DNA of 64,000 nucleotides, from the IMG/VR virus record IMGVR_UViG_3300037781_000208, positions 1-64,000 of that record; one strand, 5' to 3'. A program made the translations under genes and the position numbers. Origin of the DNA: a virus (lineage: Duplodnaviria > Caudoviricetes). Position 1 is the first letter of the stretch; every line of letters starts with the position of its first letter. The notes under the pieces were generated by a model that made no database searches, had not been told where the DNA came from, and saw nothing but the letters and a program-made list of their open reading frames with translations. Positions 46,919 through 56,650 of this stretch are shown piece by piece.

Positions 46919-49678
46919 TCAACTGTGGGAAAGCGTCGGGACGAGTTCTTCGGCTTTCAGCCGGATCTCCTGCCATGTGGGAGAGCGGCCTGTGCCCCGA
47001 TAGAAGGTGCGTTGCCAGGTCCGCATCTTTTCCTGAAAATCGCAGTGGAGCTTTCCGATATGGGTCAGGGCTCCGGCTCCGTCGACCTGGGAAGAATCCT
47101 CCCGGTCTCCGGTGCCATCAAGGCTCTGCCATGCGTATTTCCAATGAAGGATAAATTCCAGGCCGGACCCGTCCCATTCGAAAAGCTTGGACCACAGGTC
47201 TTTGTAGAGCTGAGCATGATCCGCATCCGAAAGGGTGTCGCGGTTGATGTTGTATTCCGAGATGAACATCCGCGGACCCGACTGTGGTCCCCCCTGTTCG
47301 GGAAGTTTCGATTCGACGAGATTGAGTGCCTGATGGATCTCGGATTCGGTCATTGTCCGAAACTCATTGGCGGAGATGGACACATAATCGACTTTCGTGA
47401 GTGCGGGAAGAATCGAGTTGATGACTCCCCGGTTCCCATCGACACCCCATGACAGCTTGTTGGTTTCACAATAGTTCCAGACTTCAACATCGGAGTCCGG
47501 CGTTGCGACCTTTCCCTGATCAATCCCATCCTGTCGGGCCTTTGTCCAAGCCGCATATCCAGCGATGTCCTGATCGGTGATGTTCGTGTCCGGGTTGGTG
47601 CTTCCGATACCTGCGAGCTGCCAGTCACCTTCCCAGTCACCGAGGAAGAAACGACGCCCACTTCCCTTGTAGGTGTTTCGCAGGTAGACCGTGAAGGCAT
47701 ACCATTCGTTCCTGACGGTGTCCTGATAACCTTGCGTTGTAGGGAGATTAAACCGCCAGTCTCCAACTCCCAAGGTGTACGCCCAAAGGACCATGTCGGG
47801 GAATGGGATGTCGAGAATCGCCTTCGCCACCGGGTTGTCGCGCGCCAGTTCGGTAAGGGAATTGATGTCCGGGTCGACCGTGGTCTGAAGCGTCGCGTCT
47901 GTCGTCCCGTAGTCTGTGGGCCCAAGGCCAATTTTGAAAACGGAAGCTCCCCGCTGGTAAGCGAGTTTCGCACAGTCAAGGGTGAGTTGACGGTCCTCCC
48001 CAAAGCCAAAATCGAGGTCATCAGCGCCGTCAAAATTCCCGATTTGCGCGGCCCCTAAAATGCAATTCACCCGGTCAACCGGATCGGAAACATCAACCTC
48101 GATCGCGTCTATGCGATGATCCCTTGTCAGGGAGCGGGTAACCTGCGCCCGCTCCGCATCCGATAGGACCCGGTTGAAGATAAGGACTTCGCGGATTTCG
48201 ACAAAAGGATGTTCCTGGTTCCCGTTGGCGCCAATCGAAAGGAGGTTTCCAATCGGCATCTCCGATACGGAAGAACAAAGGACGTTGAACCCTTCCTTGA
48301 CATATGCGCCCCCAGTGGAGGCAGGACGACCATTGATGAATTCCTCGGCAGTGATGTAGGCTTGAGGCACGGTTCCGACCACAGAGACTCCGGATGCCTC
48401 GTGCACCCCGATTTGAAGGAGCGTCACCGTTCCGGAAGTGACCCGAAGCCGCAAAGATTCGCGTTCACGAACGACAAAGGGCCGGTCCACGGTAGAGAGC
48501 TTCGCAATGCGCGTGTTGAATCCTCCACTTCCCTGATAGACCGATAGGAAGTCCCAATCCGCAATGACAGTGTCCTTGACCGCCCCATCGACATCGAGGA
48601 GTTCAATCGTAACTTCCTCACCACTTGCCACTCCGCCAAAGACGACGTGCTGCACCTCGACCGGACGGCTCCATTGAAATGTGAGCGAGTCGCCGCTTGC
48701 AGCGTCAAGGGTTCCATTTCCACTTGGGCCGGCGGTGATTCCGATCGCTCCGGTAAGAAAGGCACTGTTTAAGTTGGGGTCCACTTTGCCGGTTGTATAG
48801 TCGACAAGGGTCATCGTCAGCTTGTCGCTTGAGAGCGGAACATCTTGTCCTTGGAGCGGCGTTGCATTCCATCCAGTGAACAAAACCTGATAATCCTCGG
48901 ACCAGCCGTCACCCTCATCGGGAGGAGTCGCAGGATCTCCACCAAAGAGATACTTTTTGCGAATCGAAGGCCCACGGATCTTTAATTCCAGACGGTTCTC
49001 CGAAATTTCATCGGTTGTGAGAAGGGCCTGATCCAGAAGAGCCTGGGAGAAGGCTCGGGCAAGCAGGTTGTTTTCCGCCTGCCGAAACACCATGAAGATG
49101 GTCGCCTGGGGACCGACTGAAAGATCAGTGACGTAGAAATCGGGATTCAGGAAGCGCCGGAATTTGATGGCAGCCTTTCCACTTTCATCCGGTGCAAGAT
49201 AAGCCGCCGTCCCGACGATGGTATTCTCGTTCTCGGAATTCTCGACGATGTCAGCGAGGCTTGCCCCGTCAGCAAGTACCGGGAGTGCATCAGCCTTCAA
49301 ATGGAAAATCAATCCACTCTCGATGAGGGCATCCGAAAGGATGTTCGTCCGCATTTTGAGCGTTTTCAGAAGCGAAGCCGGTAGGATTGAAGCGGCGACA
49401 GGGTTGAGATTCTTTTCGGACCCGCTCGCCTGGGTGTTTGCCGGGGACAATACAAGCGTATTCTCGGATCCAGCAGGAAGATCGTTTGCGGCGGGAGGAT
49501 TGTTCGTGTTCGTGGGTCCTGCGGGCAGGACATTCGATGAAGGCGCAAATACCTCACTGACCGTTTCAGAATCGTTATCGGTGTCCGTCGTAGGCGTGCT
49601 GACGGTGGGCTCGATGGAGTTGGTCGGCCCGGTGGGCTTCGTGGAGGCCTCTCCATGTAGATTGTTGAGCGTGGTCAT
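46919..49678 (-). CDS. 919-aa protein: low-complexity N-terminus, LamG/ConA-like region, putative glycoside hydrolase C-terminus
   Basis: EIREVLIFNRVLSDAER LamG-like end; LGDWEGDW, ETN, VDYVSIS, FISEY TIM-barrel-like motifs. Confidence 0.55.
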   Translation of the reverse strand: MTTLNNLHGEASTKPTGPTNSIEPTVSTPTTDTDNDSETVSEVFAPSSNVLPAGPTNTNNPPAANDLPAGSENTLVLSPANTQASGSEKNLNPVAASILPASLLKTLKMRTNILSDALIESGLIFHLKADALPVLADGASLADIVENSENENTIVGTAAYLAPDESGKAAIKFRRFLNPDFYVTDLSVGPQATIFMVFRQAENNLLARAFSQALLDQALLTTDEISENRLELKIRGPSIRKKYLFGGDPATPPDEGDGWSEDYQVLFTGWNATPLQGQDVPLSSDKLTMTLVDYTTGKVDPNLNSAFLTGAIGITAGPSGNGTLDAASGDSLTFQWSRPVEVQHVVFGGVASGEEVTIELLDVDGAVKDTVIADWDFLSVYQGSGGFNTRIAKLSTVDRPFVVRERESLRLRVTSGTVTLLQIGVHEASGVSVVGTVPQAYITAEEFINGRPASTGGAYVKEGFNVLCSSVSEMPIGNLLSIGANGNQEHPFVEIREVLIFNRVLSDAERAQVTRSLTRDHRIDAIEVDVSDPVDRVNCILGAAQIGNFDGADDLDFGFGEDRQLTLDCAKLAYQRGASVFKIGLGPTDYGTTDATLQTTVDPDINSLTELARDNPVAKAILDIPFPDMVLWAYTLGVGDWRFNLPTTQGYQDTVRNEWYAFTVYLRNTYKGSGRRFFLGDWEGDWQLAGIGSTNPDTNITDQDIAGYAAWTKARQDGIDQGKVATPDSDVEVWNYCETNKLSWGVDGNRGVINSILPALTKVDYVSISANEFRTMTESEIHQALNLVESKLPEQGGPQSGPRMFISEYNINRDTLSDADHAQLYKDLWSKLFEWDGSGLEFILHWKYAWQSLDGTGDREDSSQVDGAGALTHIGKLHCDFQEKMRTWQRTFYRGTGRSPTWQEIRLKAEELVPTLSHS

Positions 49679-49724
49679 GTCATCAGGCGTGAGTGGGATT
49701 CAAGAGGAATGAATCTCAGCCTCC

Positions 49725-50267
49725 TCACGCATCCTTGCGCAGGTAAACCGTTCCGAGCGGCGAGAGCACATCGACCTTCAACTCGTATTCGCTGAAATCC
49801 TCTCCAAGGGAGAAGTCCCCCTCGAAGCGCACAATGCAGTGGAAGTCCTTGTGCATAAAGCGTGGGTCGGTCTGACTCTGGTTATCCCACATGCGGATAC
49901 GGGCGAAGCCCTGGAGGCTCTGCGGTTGGCCGAAGGGAGTGAAGGTTTCATAGTCGGGATTCGTGCCGGTGTCCGCTCCCTGGGATGCGTAGAAGAGTGC
50001 CATGGCCGCCCGTTTTTCGAACTCGTCGAGCTTGATCTTATAGCCTTTGCGCAACTGGGTGGTAACGGAGCGGTCAAGGATGCGGATGCCGCGATAGCTC
50101 CCGAAGTGGTCCTTCACTTCCTGCTCATTCATCACCGTGACCTCTTTGACGTTTCCAAAGGCTGCTGCGGCAGCATCATAATCGCTTTCATTGGCGGGGG
50201 CGGCGGTTGCCCCGATGATGAGGGAGAAGTCTCCGGTTCCGACAAGAGTGAGATTTGGATTATTCAT
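49725..50267 (-). CDS. Major tail tube protein
   Basis: Position and size; beta-rich, FGNVKE.TV..EQE...H. Confidence 0.65.
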   Translation of the reverse strand: MNNPNLTLVGTGDFSLIIGATAAPANESDYDAAAAAFGNVKEVTVMNEQEVKDHFGSYRGIRILDRSVTTQLRKGYKIKLDEFEKRAAMALFYASQGADTGTNPDYETFTPFGQPQSLQGFARIRMWDNQSQTDPRFMHKDFHCIVRFEGDFSLGEDFSEYELKVDVLSPLGTVYLRKDA

Positions 50268-50703
50268 GGACGGGCTGGATGGTTAAAACCTTGAAGTTGC
50301 AGAAGTAGACCACCAGACCGCCATCGAGGGGCCCGGCTTCGTAGGCGGGGGTGTCAACCGTGAGCACATTCTGGAGTCCCCGCTGGGTCGGCCAGTTCGC
50401 CTGATGGAGCCATTGCAGGACCTCTTCCACGCACTGCAGGCAGGTTTTGCCGGTCTGGTTGGTGGCGGGATTCTCCAAGACACTCACCATAACGATATTC
50501 TCAAGGTAGAGCCGCGGACCCTTGCCGCCTGCCGGCCCCCCGGAAGCCTGTGTCACGACAAGGCAGATGCCGGTTTCCCGCAGGGCTGTTTCGAGCTTCG
50601 AGTTGAAGGATTCCTCCACAGTCGAGAGGATCTCAATTCCCGCGAAAAAGGCGTTCTGCCCGAGTGTGGTGATAATGTGCGAGATGACTTCCGAAAGCCT
50701 CAT
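50260..50703 (-). CDS. Tail terminator-like protein
   Basis: 147 aa, directly upstream of the tail tube gene. Confidence 0.55.
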   Translation of the reverse strand: MRLSEVISHIITTLGQNAFFAGIEILSTVEESFNSKLETALRETGICLVVTQASGGPAGGKGPRLYLENIVMVSVLENPATNQTGKTCLQCVEEVLQWLHQANWPTQRGLQNVLTVDTPAYEAGPLDGGLVVYFCNFKVLTIQPVHE

Positions 50704-51077
50704 GCCGGAGAAGGCATGTCAACGTGGCAGCCTCTATCCTCGTAAGGGCATGCGTGGCGCAGGACCGGCATACGTGGCAACGCACTCATTGGGATGTAAT
50801 GCTCACCTTCACGAAGCTGTCTCCGCGTGCAAAGGGCCCAATGGCCACAGGGGTGCCAGTAAAGCACCTGCGCCTCTCCTGCCTCCACCTCAGTCGCCAC
50901 TCTCGGGACCAGATGCACCGGGGCGATCGTCGGCCTGACCTTCTCTTTGAGATTCGTCCATATCCATGCGGCGCGGGAGAAGTTGTAGCTGTTCGCCGTG
51001 TTGATCGGTGAAACCCGCTGGCAGAGCTGCCCGTCCAGCATGAACCAGCCACCAACCTGAATGTCGTCAAAAATCAT
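50700..51077 (-). CDS. Hypothetical protein in the neck module
   Basis: ATGA-coupled at both ends; start revised to MIFDDIQ. Confidence 0.5.
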   Translation of the reverse strand: MIFDDIQVGGWFMLDGQLCQRVSPINTANSYNFSRAAWIWTNLKEKVRPTIAPVHLVPRVATEVEAGEAQVLYWHPCGHWALCTRRQLREGEHYIPMSALPRMPVLRHACPYEDRGCHVDMPSPA

Positions 51078-51652
51078 GACGGCAGAGTCCTTCGGACAAT
51101 GTTCATGAATTGCTCCTTCTGCTTTCGGGCAATGTAACCGCGCATGTCCCGGACCTGTGCCTGCATCGCCTTGCTGACCAATGCCCGCTTCTGGTTCTGG
51201 ATCATCACACCGGAGAGATAGCTGGTCAGTCGTACCCTCGGACGGCGCTGCCCCTTGGCCGTGCGTACGATGGCCGCTCCAATCGCCGTCTTGGCCCGCG
51301 ACAGCGCCTTGAAGAAGCCGGTCTGGCCATCCCGTTTGGAACGCCACTCCCGGAAAAGCCAACTGGCACTGAGCCACCCGATAGAGCGTTTTCGGGCGGC
51401 AATCTCCTGCTTCACCGAAAGCGTCTTGCCCTTCTTGTTCTTTCGTCTCCGGATGGCGTAATTGCGTGAGGCCGCCTCCTGCTCAATGCGTTCCTTGCTC
51501 GGGGCTATCGCCTTGAATTGTCGATACAACTCAAACCGAAGCCGCTTGGCCCTGGACTCAATCAACGGTCCCAGTTCCCGCTGGTTGTAGCGGGTGTATT
51601 CGCGCAAGGTCCTCTGGAAAGCCCGCACGTCCCTGGCTGAACCCGCATTCAT
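51074..51652 (-). CDS. Basic tail-completion (neck) protein
   Basis: Arg/Lys-rich, typical neck position. Confidence 0.55.
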   Translation of the reverse strand: MNAGSARDVRAFQRTLREYTRYNQRELGPLIESRAKRLRFELYRQFKAIAPSKERIEQEAASRNYAIRRRKNKKGKTLSVKQEIAARKRSIGWLSASWLFREWRSKRDGQTGFFKALSRAKTAIGAAIVRTAKGQRRPRVRLTSYLSGVMIQNQKRALVSKAMQAQVRDMRGYIARKQKEQFMNIVRRTLPS

Positions 51653-51906
51653 AGCTTTCCCATGAACTTAAGCACCGCGATGACACCCACGGCAATCGCC
51701 GGAATGGAGGTCGCCACCCAGAAGAAGCGCAGGAGGATATCCATCTTTCGTCGCAGGTCGTTGATGGCTGCCCGCAAACCATTGTCGCCCCGCTGACCCC
51801 AAAGCGTGACCTCAAGCGTCGTCACACGGTGATCCATTTTGGCGAACCGTTCAGCCACCTTCTCGCGACAGATGTCGCAGTCCTTTTTCAATTCATCCGG
51901 GCTCAT
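51649..51906 (-). CDS. Small coiled-coil protein with C-terminal TM
   Basis: RVTTLE coiled coil, single TM; ATGA-coupled. Confidence 0.6.
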   Translation of the reverse strand: MSPDELKKDCDICREKVAERFAKMDHRVTTLEVTLWGQRGDNGLRAAINDLRRKMDILLRFFWVATSIPAIAVGVIAVLKFMGKL

Positions 51907-52217
51907 GGGTTCAAAACAGCGCATTCCACGCGGGCGATCAGTGAATTGGGGCTACGGTGCAGACGAGTCACCCGGTAAAGGAATCCATCCTCATCAGTGA
52001 GGCTCGCCCCGACCTTTAGGGCATCGGAGGGGATTTCAGAACGGAAGGCGGAAACCAGCACGCTGTCATCATCAGATGGAGTAAGGTCATATTCCTCACT
52101 CTCCGGTTGCAGTCGCTTAACGAGTCCCCGGAACGCTGTTACGCCATGCGTGAAGGTGCGACCGGTCGCTTCCAGTAATTCCTCGAATCCCTCCAATTGA
52201 TCGGTGGTGTGACTCAT
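51903..52217 (-). CDS. Head-closure/head-tail adaptor-like protein
   Basis: 104 aa after the capsid gene; LKVG..LTD.DG..YRVT. Confidence 0.6.
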   Translation of the reverse strand: MSHTTDQLEGFEELLEATGRTFTHGVTAFRGLVKRLQPESEEYDLTPSDDDSVLVSAFRSEIPSDALKVGASLTDEDGFLYRVTRLHRSPNSLIARVECAVLNP

Positions 52218-52242
52218 GTCTGCAAGAGCCTGTCAACCGGTC

Positions 52243-52277
52243 AAAGAAAGAGGCCCCACCGTCGCCAGTGGAGCCTC
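52243..52277 (-). terminator. Intrinsic terminator after the major capsid gene
   Basis: GAGGCTCCAC-TGGCGACG-GTGGGGCCTC stem followed by TTTCTTT. Confidence 0.75.
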
Positions 52278-52311
52278 GCAGGTGCTCGAACCGCAAGCTC
52301 GTTCAAATTGA

Positions 52312-53214
52312 TCAGGCAACGTCCTCGATGCGGAGAATACCATCGGTGATGGCGGTGCGCCGGCCATAGACACACTCGAAAGCGGCGATTTCCTTGCCGG
52401 AGTCGTTGTCGTAGAAACGCCGGTACCCGATGGTGATTCCGGTCTCGGGATCCGTGACGGCTCCCGTTTCCAGGTAGGACTCCGGGCGCAGCGGTTGCAG
52501 GTAGCGCATCGCCACAGCCAGTCCCTTCGGATGTGCCACAAAACCGACGAGATTCTCCGTGTTGTCCGGCATGATGGTCGTCTCATAGACATCAAAGCCG
52601 TAGATGCGCGGGATGCGGGCCTCCATCAGAGAGGGAGCACTCATCTGCGCGAGGTAGCTCTGGGAGACCTTGGGATCGCCCAGCAAATTCGTGTAGTAGG
52701 CGTCGTTGATGATGAGGGCACGTGAAGCCACCGGCATGTTCTTGGCCGCACAGGCACCACGCAAAGAGAGAACCGTGGAGGCATCGAAGTCGGCGGCGGC
52801 CACCGCAGGGATCCCAGCCGCACCGTAGTTGGCGATGGTGACGATGTTCCAGATGTCCGTGAGAACATCCTCGGCCAACTGCCGGGCCTTTTCCTCGGCC
52901 AGGCGTTCCATGGTGGGCCAACTGGATTCACTCACTTCCTTGTCCGTCAGGTGCAGGGACTGAACCTTGTGGCGGTCCAGAACGACCGGCAGCGAATTGA
53001 CGTTCGAATCCATGTTCTCCGAGTAGCTCCCCGCAAAGTCGTAGGAGGCGCCAGCGGCACCGACCACCGGCACATTCACCGTCTTCCCGCGTTCAATGAA
53101 CTCGCTGGAAAAGTCGGTCGAGAACGCACGCAGGGGCGTGAGGGCGGCGACAAAGGTTTTGAGAAACTTGTCCGCAATGCGGATGTCCTGAAGATTGGTG
53201 AGGGTGTTGGCCAT
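52312..53214 (-). CDS. Major capsid protein
   Basis: 300 aa after protease and scaffold genes; GKTVNVPV, FVAHPKGLAVAMR, VYG; followed by a terminator. Confidence 0.85.
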   Translation of the reverse strand: MANTLTNLQDIRIADKFLKTFVAALTPLRAFSTDFSSEFIERGKTVNVPVVGAAGASYDFAGSYSENMDSNVNSLPVVLDRHKVQSLHLTDKEVSESSWPTMERLAEEKARQLAEDVLTDIWNIVTIANYGAAGIPAVAAADFDASTVLSLRGACAAKNMPVASRALIINDAYYTNLLGDPKVSQSYLAQMSAPSLMEARIPRIYGFDVYETTIMPDNTENLVGFVAHPKGLAVAMRYLQPLRPESYLETGAVTDPETGITIGYRRFYDNDSGKEIAAFECVYGRRTAITDGILRIEDVA

Positions 53215-53243
53215 GACTGGTTCTTGATGTCAACTGTTGAGGG

Positions 53244-53711
53244 TTACTTGCCGATGAGGGCGTCGCGGTGCTTGCGGAAGAAAGCGGTTTTCTTTGCCGG
53301 ATCGGTGATGGCGTTGAACTGCTCAAGGAGATCGGCCTGCTTCGCATCGCCTGCTGGGGTCACCTGGACAGGATCCACTCCAACAGAGGCGCAGATTTCA
53401 GCGGCTTTGCTCTCCGCTTCTTTTGCTTCGGATTCCAACTGCGCAATGCGGGCATCAGCTTCGGCCTGCTTCTCCTTTGCCTGGGCGAGGTCGTGGTCCA
53501 ACTGCTTTTCCTTCTCGTGGGCAGCGTTCAGATCATTGGTCAGGGCCGTGATCTTCTGGTTGGCATCCTCCAGCATTTCACTGGCGGCGGTAAGATCGCC
53601 CCGGACGGCATCCAGCTCGTCAGCCGAGCTTTGATGGGCCGAGAGCAGATTGGCGTAAGCCTCGCGTGCTTGGGCGAGTGTGTTCAGTTCTTCCGATGCG
53701 GCGAATTTCAT
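53244..53711 (-). CDS. Coiled-coil capsid-scaffold-like protein
   Basis: Ala/Glu/Lys heptads; between protease and capsid genes. Confidence 0.7.
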   Translation of the reverse strand: MKFAASEELNTLAQAREAYANLLSAHQSSADELDAVRGDLTAASEMLEDANQKITALTNDLNAAHEKEKQLDHDLAQAKEKQAEADARIAQLESEAKEAESKAAEICASVGVDPVQVTPAGDAKQADLLEQFNAITDPAKKTAFFRKHRDALIGK

Positions 53712-54535
53712 GCCTTCTTTGGCATGTCAACCAGACGCAGCAACTCGGCATAGGTATCGGCGTAACTGCCCACGTGATCCACGAGGTTTGCCTCCTTTGC
53801 TTTGCGACCAATAAAGGTCTGCCCGCGCATGGCATCCGGACCGATGTTACGATGTTTCACGACATGATCGCGGAACTGCCCGAAATACTCATCCACCATT
53901 TCCTGTAGGTGTTCCCGGTGCGCGTCCGTGAATGATGGTGGCCAGGTTGCATCCTTCAGGTCGCCCCCGGTATGGGTGATGTAGGCGGGCTTCCAGCCGC
54001 GCTGTTCCCATGCCCCGGACACATCCACAAGGGGCAGGATCGTTCCGATGCTTCCGACCTGCGCCGAGGGCGACATCGCAATAAAGTCCCCGGAAGCGGC
54101 CAGTGCATAGGCAGCCGAAGCTGCCAGTTCATCAATCCATACGGCCTTCGGCTTTTTGATGCCGCTTAACATTTGGGCTGTCTCCACATTCCCGGCCGCC
54201 ATGCCTCCAGGGGAATTTACGTGGAAGAGGAATCCCCGGGCGCCATCCTCGACAGCAATCTGGACTTCCTCCTCAATCTGCTCGTAACCGGTGTTTCCGC
54301 AGGAGCGTTCAATCTGGCTTAAGTGCCGTCCCAGGGTTCCCGTGATATGAACATGGGCGATTCCCTGCTCGTCGATCTCGGCATCCGGGCGGGGATTCAC
54401 GAAGTCCGACAACTGAAGGTTCGAGGGATCCGCAAATATCCTGCTCTGGAATATCTGGTGCAGGGCGAGCCATCCGTCACTGGTAATGTTCCATGGAGCG
54501 CGGTAAAGGGCGTTGGTGATGTGGGCGAGTCTCAT
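53708..54535 (-). CDS. S49-family prohead protease
   Basis: Close paralogue of 318-1148. Confidence 0.9.
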   Translation of the reverse strand: MRLAHITNALYRAPWNITSDGWLALHQIFQSRIFADPSNLQLSDFVNPRPDAEIDEQGIAHVHITGTLGRHLSQIERSCGNTGYEQIEEEVQIAVEDGARGFLFHVNSPGGMAAGNVETAQMLSGIKKPKAVWIDELAASAAYALAASGDFIAMSPSAQVGSIGTILPLVDVSGAWEQRGWKPAYITHTGGDLKDATWPPSFTDAHREHLQEMVDEYFGQFRDHVVKHRNIGPDAMRGQTFIGRKAKEANLVDHVGSYADTYAELLRLVDMPKKA

Positions 54536-54544
54536 GGCTGAAAT

Positions 54545-54614
54545 TGGGACGAGGGGCAGGAATCGAACCTGCGTTGTCGGGTTATGAGCCCGACCGAATC
54601 CATTTCACCCTCGC
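54545..54614 (-). tRNA. tRNA-Met(CAT)-like element with truncated D-arm (copy B)
   Basis: 69/70 nt identical to 1158-1227; the single difference is in the D-loop region. Confidence 0.7.
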
Positions 54615-54735
54615 GCATCTTCATCCTTGGAGCTGTCAACCAGCGCCCGAGCCTGCGGCATGGGTAAGTCCCCGAATGTCGAGAAGAAATTTCAGTCAAA
54701 ATTGACTGATTTTCGGGCTTCTTATTCCAATTAAA

Positions 54736-54972
54736 ATGCCTTCTTTTCTGAGCATGAACTCAGCACAAAAGTCTGATTACCCGGATCCTTCCAAAGCCGT
54801 GCTAGGCTTTTCAAAAAGAGAGAAACTTTGGATTCCAGTATTCTGGTCGCCCGAACACCAGTTCTGGTTCATGGAACTGGGAAGTGGTAATGTGGAATCA
54901 TTTCCCCCCTCAGATATCATCGACTGGATGGATATGCCAAAGGCTCCAAAAGAATCAGTCCTTATAGGATAG
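54736..54972 (+). CDS. Small antisense moron
   Basis: AT-richer ORF absent from prophage A at this position. Confidence 0.5.
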   Translation: MPSFLSMNSAQKSDYPDPSKAVLGFSKREKLWIPVFWSPEHQFWFMELGSGNVESFPPSDIIDWMDMPKAPKESVLIG

Positions 54973-56346
54973 GTTTGAGCCCTGCGGTTTGTAGAGCATT
55001 TCGGGAGGTACTCCGTATTTATTGGCAGCATCAATGATCGCTCTCGCATTCTGCCCCCGCTTTTCCAGCTCCTCCCGGAAATCCATGCCCAGTTCGGCGA
55101 AGTGATCGTCCAGGGTCTTAAGCCCTGTCTCCACATCTGCGCGATTTTGCTGGGCCTCCCGTCCGGCGTCGACTGTGATGCGTCGGGGCGTCACCCATGC
55201 CACCTTGTTCCAGCCCTTCTTGGGTTCCAACTCGCCACGGTCGATGGCATCCCCAATGACCCAGCCCCATGTGGGACGCAGGAATCGCTGGATGAGGATC
55301 AGTTGGCGATAGGAAAAGCGCCGGTCGGCCTTGGCGACAATCAATCGGACTGAAGCTCCGCCAACCTTTGTCGGGTCGAGGACAAACTCATAAGGGAGAA
55401 CGCCCGCACTGCTGTCCCGCTTCAAGTGCTCCAGGAATCCCGTGAAGACCGGGCTGGGTCGATGCGATTGGAAACTCTCCATGGATTCGCCTGGCTTCAA
55501 AGCCACCACCTTGCCCCCCACAATCTTTTGAATCGCAGTCGGATCACTCTGCTCGGCCAATTCACCCGTATCCGATGAGACCCGGAAATCCCCATCGTCC
55601 TCGAGTGTTCCCTCCTGACGCTTGATGATCCGGGATACATCCTGATTGTCCTTAACTGCGTGCTTCTCCAGCGCGAGCATCTCCATTTCATCAAGAACGT
55701 GGTTGATCGAGTGCTGCATGGTCGGATGGCTGCGGGCGCCGCTGGCAAACTCCGGTTCAAAGACGTGCATCACCGCGTTGGCGTAAACCGGTCGGTAAGT
55801 GCCATCATCCTGCTGGACCATGTAAGCCAAGGGTGCCCCAAATTCATCGAAGAGCACTCCGTCAATGGATTCGGCATCATCGGCGCCGGACCCAACCCGG
55901 TGTGACTCAACCAACTGGATGCGGGCGCGGCCAAGGCGGTCGCGAACTTTCAGCACAAAGTATTCGCCGTCCACGTCGATGCCTCGGCAGACAAGGTTCT
56001 GGCATTCTTCGAAAGAGAATCGGTTCGTTACCTCCGGACGGTTGCACCAGCGAAGAAAATACTGCTCTGCAGCGCGATTCCATTCGGGATCTTCGGTCTG
56101 CGCTTGTGGCCGGATTCCATCCCCGGTAGAGTAGATCGCCATGTCGCCCACCACTTCACGGGCAAATCCGCTGTTCTTGTTCAGGTACCGGCTCTTGCGC
56201 ACCAGTTCACGCCGGGCGTGCGGGGTTAGTTCCTTTTTTGCATCGGTGGGCGCGGCTCCAGGGACCCGGGAACGGCGCGACGAGTAATTGGCCGCCTCGT
56301 AGGGGGAAATCGACAGGATGCGGGCAATGCGCTGGAGGATCTTCAC
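54955..56346 (-). CDS. Portal protein, lambda family
   Basis: Paralogue of 1218-2651 with a different C-terminus. Confidence 0.9.
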   Translation of the reverse strand: MKILQRIARILSISPYEAANYSSRRSRVPGAAPTDAKKELTPHARRELVRKSRYLNKNSGFAREVVGDMAIYSTGDGIRPQAQTEDPEWNRAAEQYFLRWCNRPEVTNRFSFEECQNLVCRGIDVDGEYFVLKVRDRLGRARIQLVESHRVGSGADDAESIDGVLFDEFGAPLAYMVQQDDGTYRPVYANAVMHVFEPEFASGARSHPTMQHSINHVLDEMEMLALEKHAVKDNQDVSRIIKRQEGTLEDDGDFRVSSDTGELAEQSDPTAIQKIVGGKVVALKPGESMESFQSHRPSPVFTGFLEHLKRDSSAGVLPYEFVLDPTKVGGASVRLIVAKADRRFSYRQLILIQRFLRPTWGWVIGDAIDRGELEPKKGWNKVAWVTPRRITVDAGREAQQNRADVETGLKTLDDHFAELGMDFREELEKRGQNARAIIDAANKYGVPPEMLYKPQGSNLSYKD

Positions 56347-56371
56347 GGCTCCGGCGCCATGTCAATCAGGA

Positions 56372-56626
56372 CTACTTTTCCAGATGGCCCACGAACCCGG
56401 TCGCTGATGTTTTCAATGGCTTTCCGTATGTCGCCGGATCGAGCTTCTGCAGGGCCTTCTGGCAGGCGGCGATGACCGTATGAATCTCGTCAATCCTACG
56501 CTTGGTGACGCTGGATCCGTCATTTGCGTAGGCGGCCAAGGTCTTCTTCAGTTCAGCCTTTTGCGAGGTTAGGATTTCCTCGACCTCCACCTGGGTAAAT
56601 CCAATGCTGTAATCAACAACTGCCAT
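56372..56626 (-). CDS. Head-tail joining protein (gpW position)
   Basis: MAVVDYSIGF; paralogue of 3255-3509. Confidence 0.65.
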   Translation of the reverse strand: MAVVDYSIGFTQVEVEEILTSQKAELKKTLAAYANDGSSVTKRRIDEIHTVIAACQKALQKLDPATYGKPLKTSATGFVGHLEK

Positions 56627-56650
56627 TGAACAATTTGGACCTGTCAACCC

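Noticed and set aside
46917-46922. TTGACG upstream of the tail chaperone as a motif copy
   Set aside because: Imperfect hexamer 24 nt from the ATG, outside the 13-16 nt spacing
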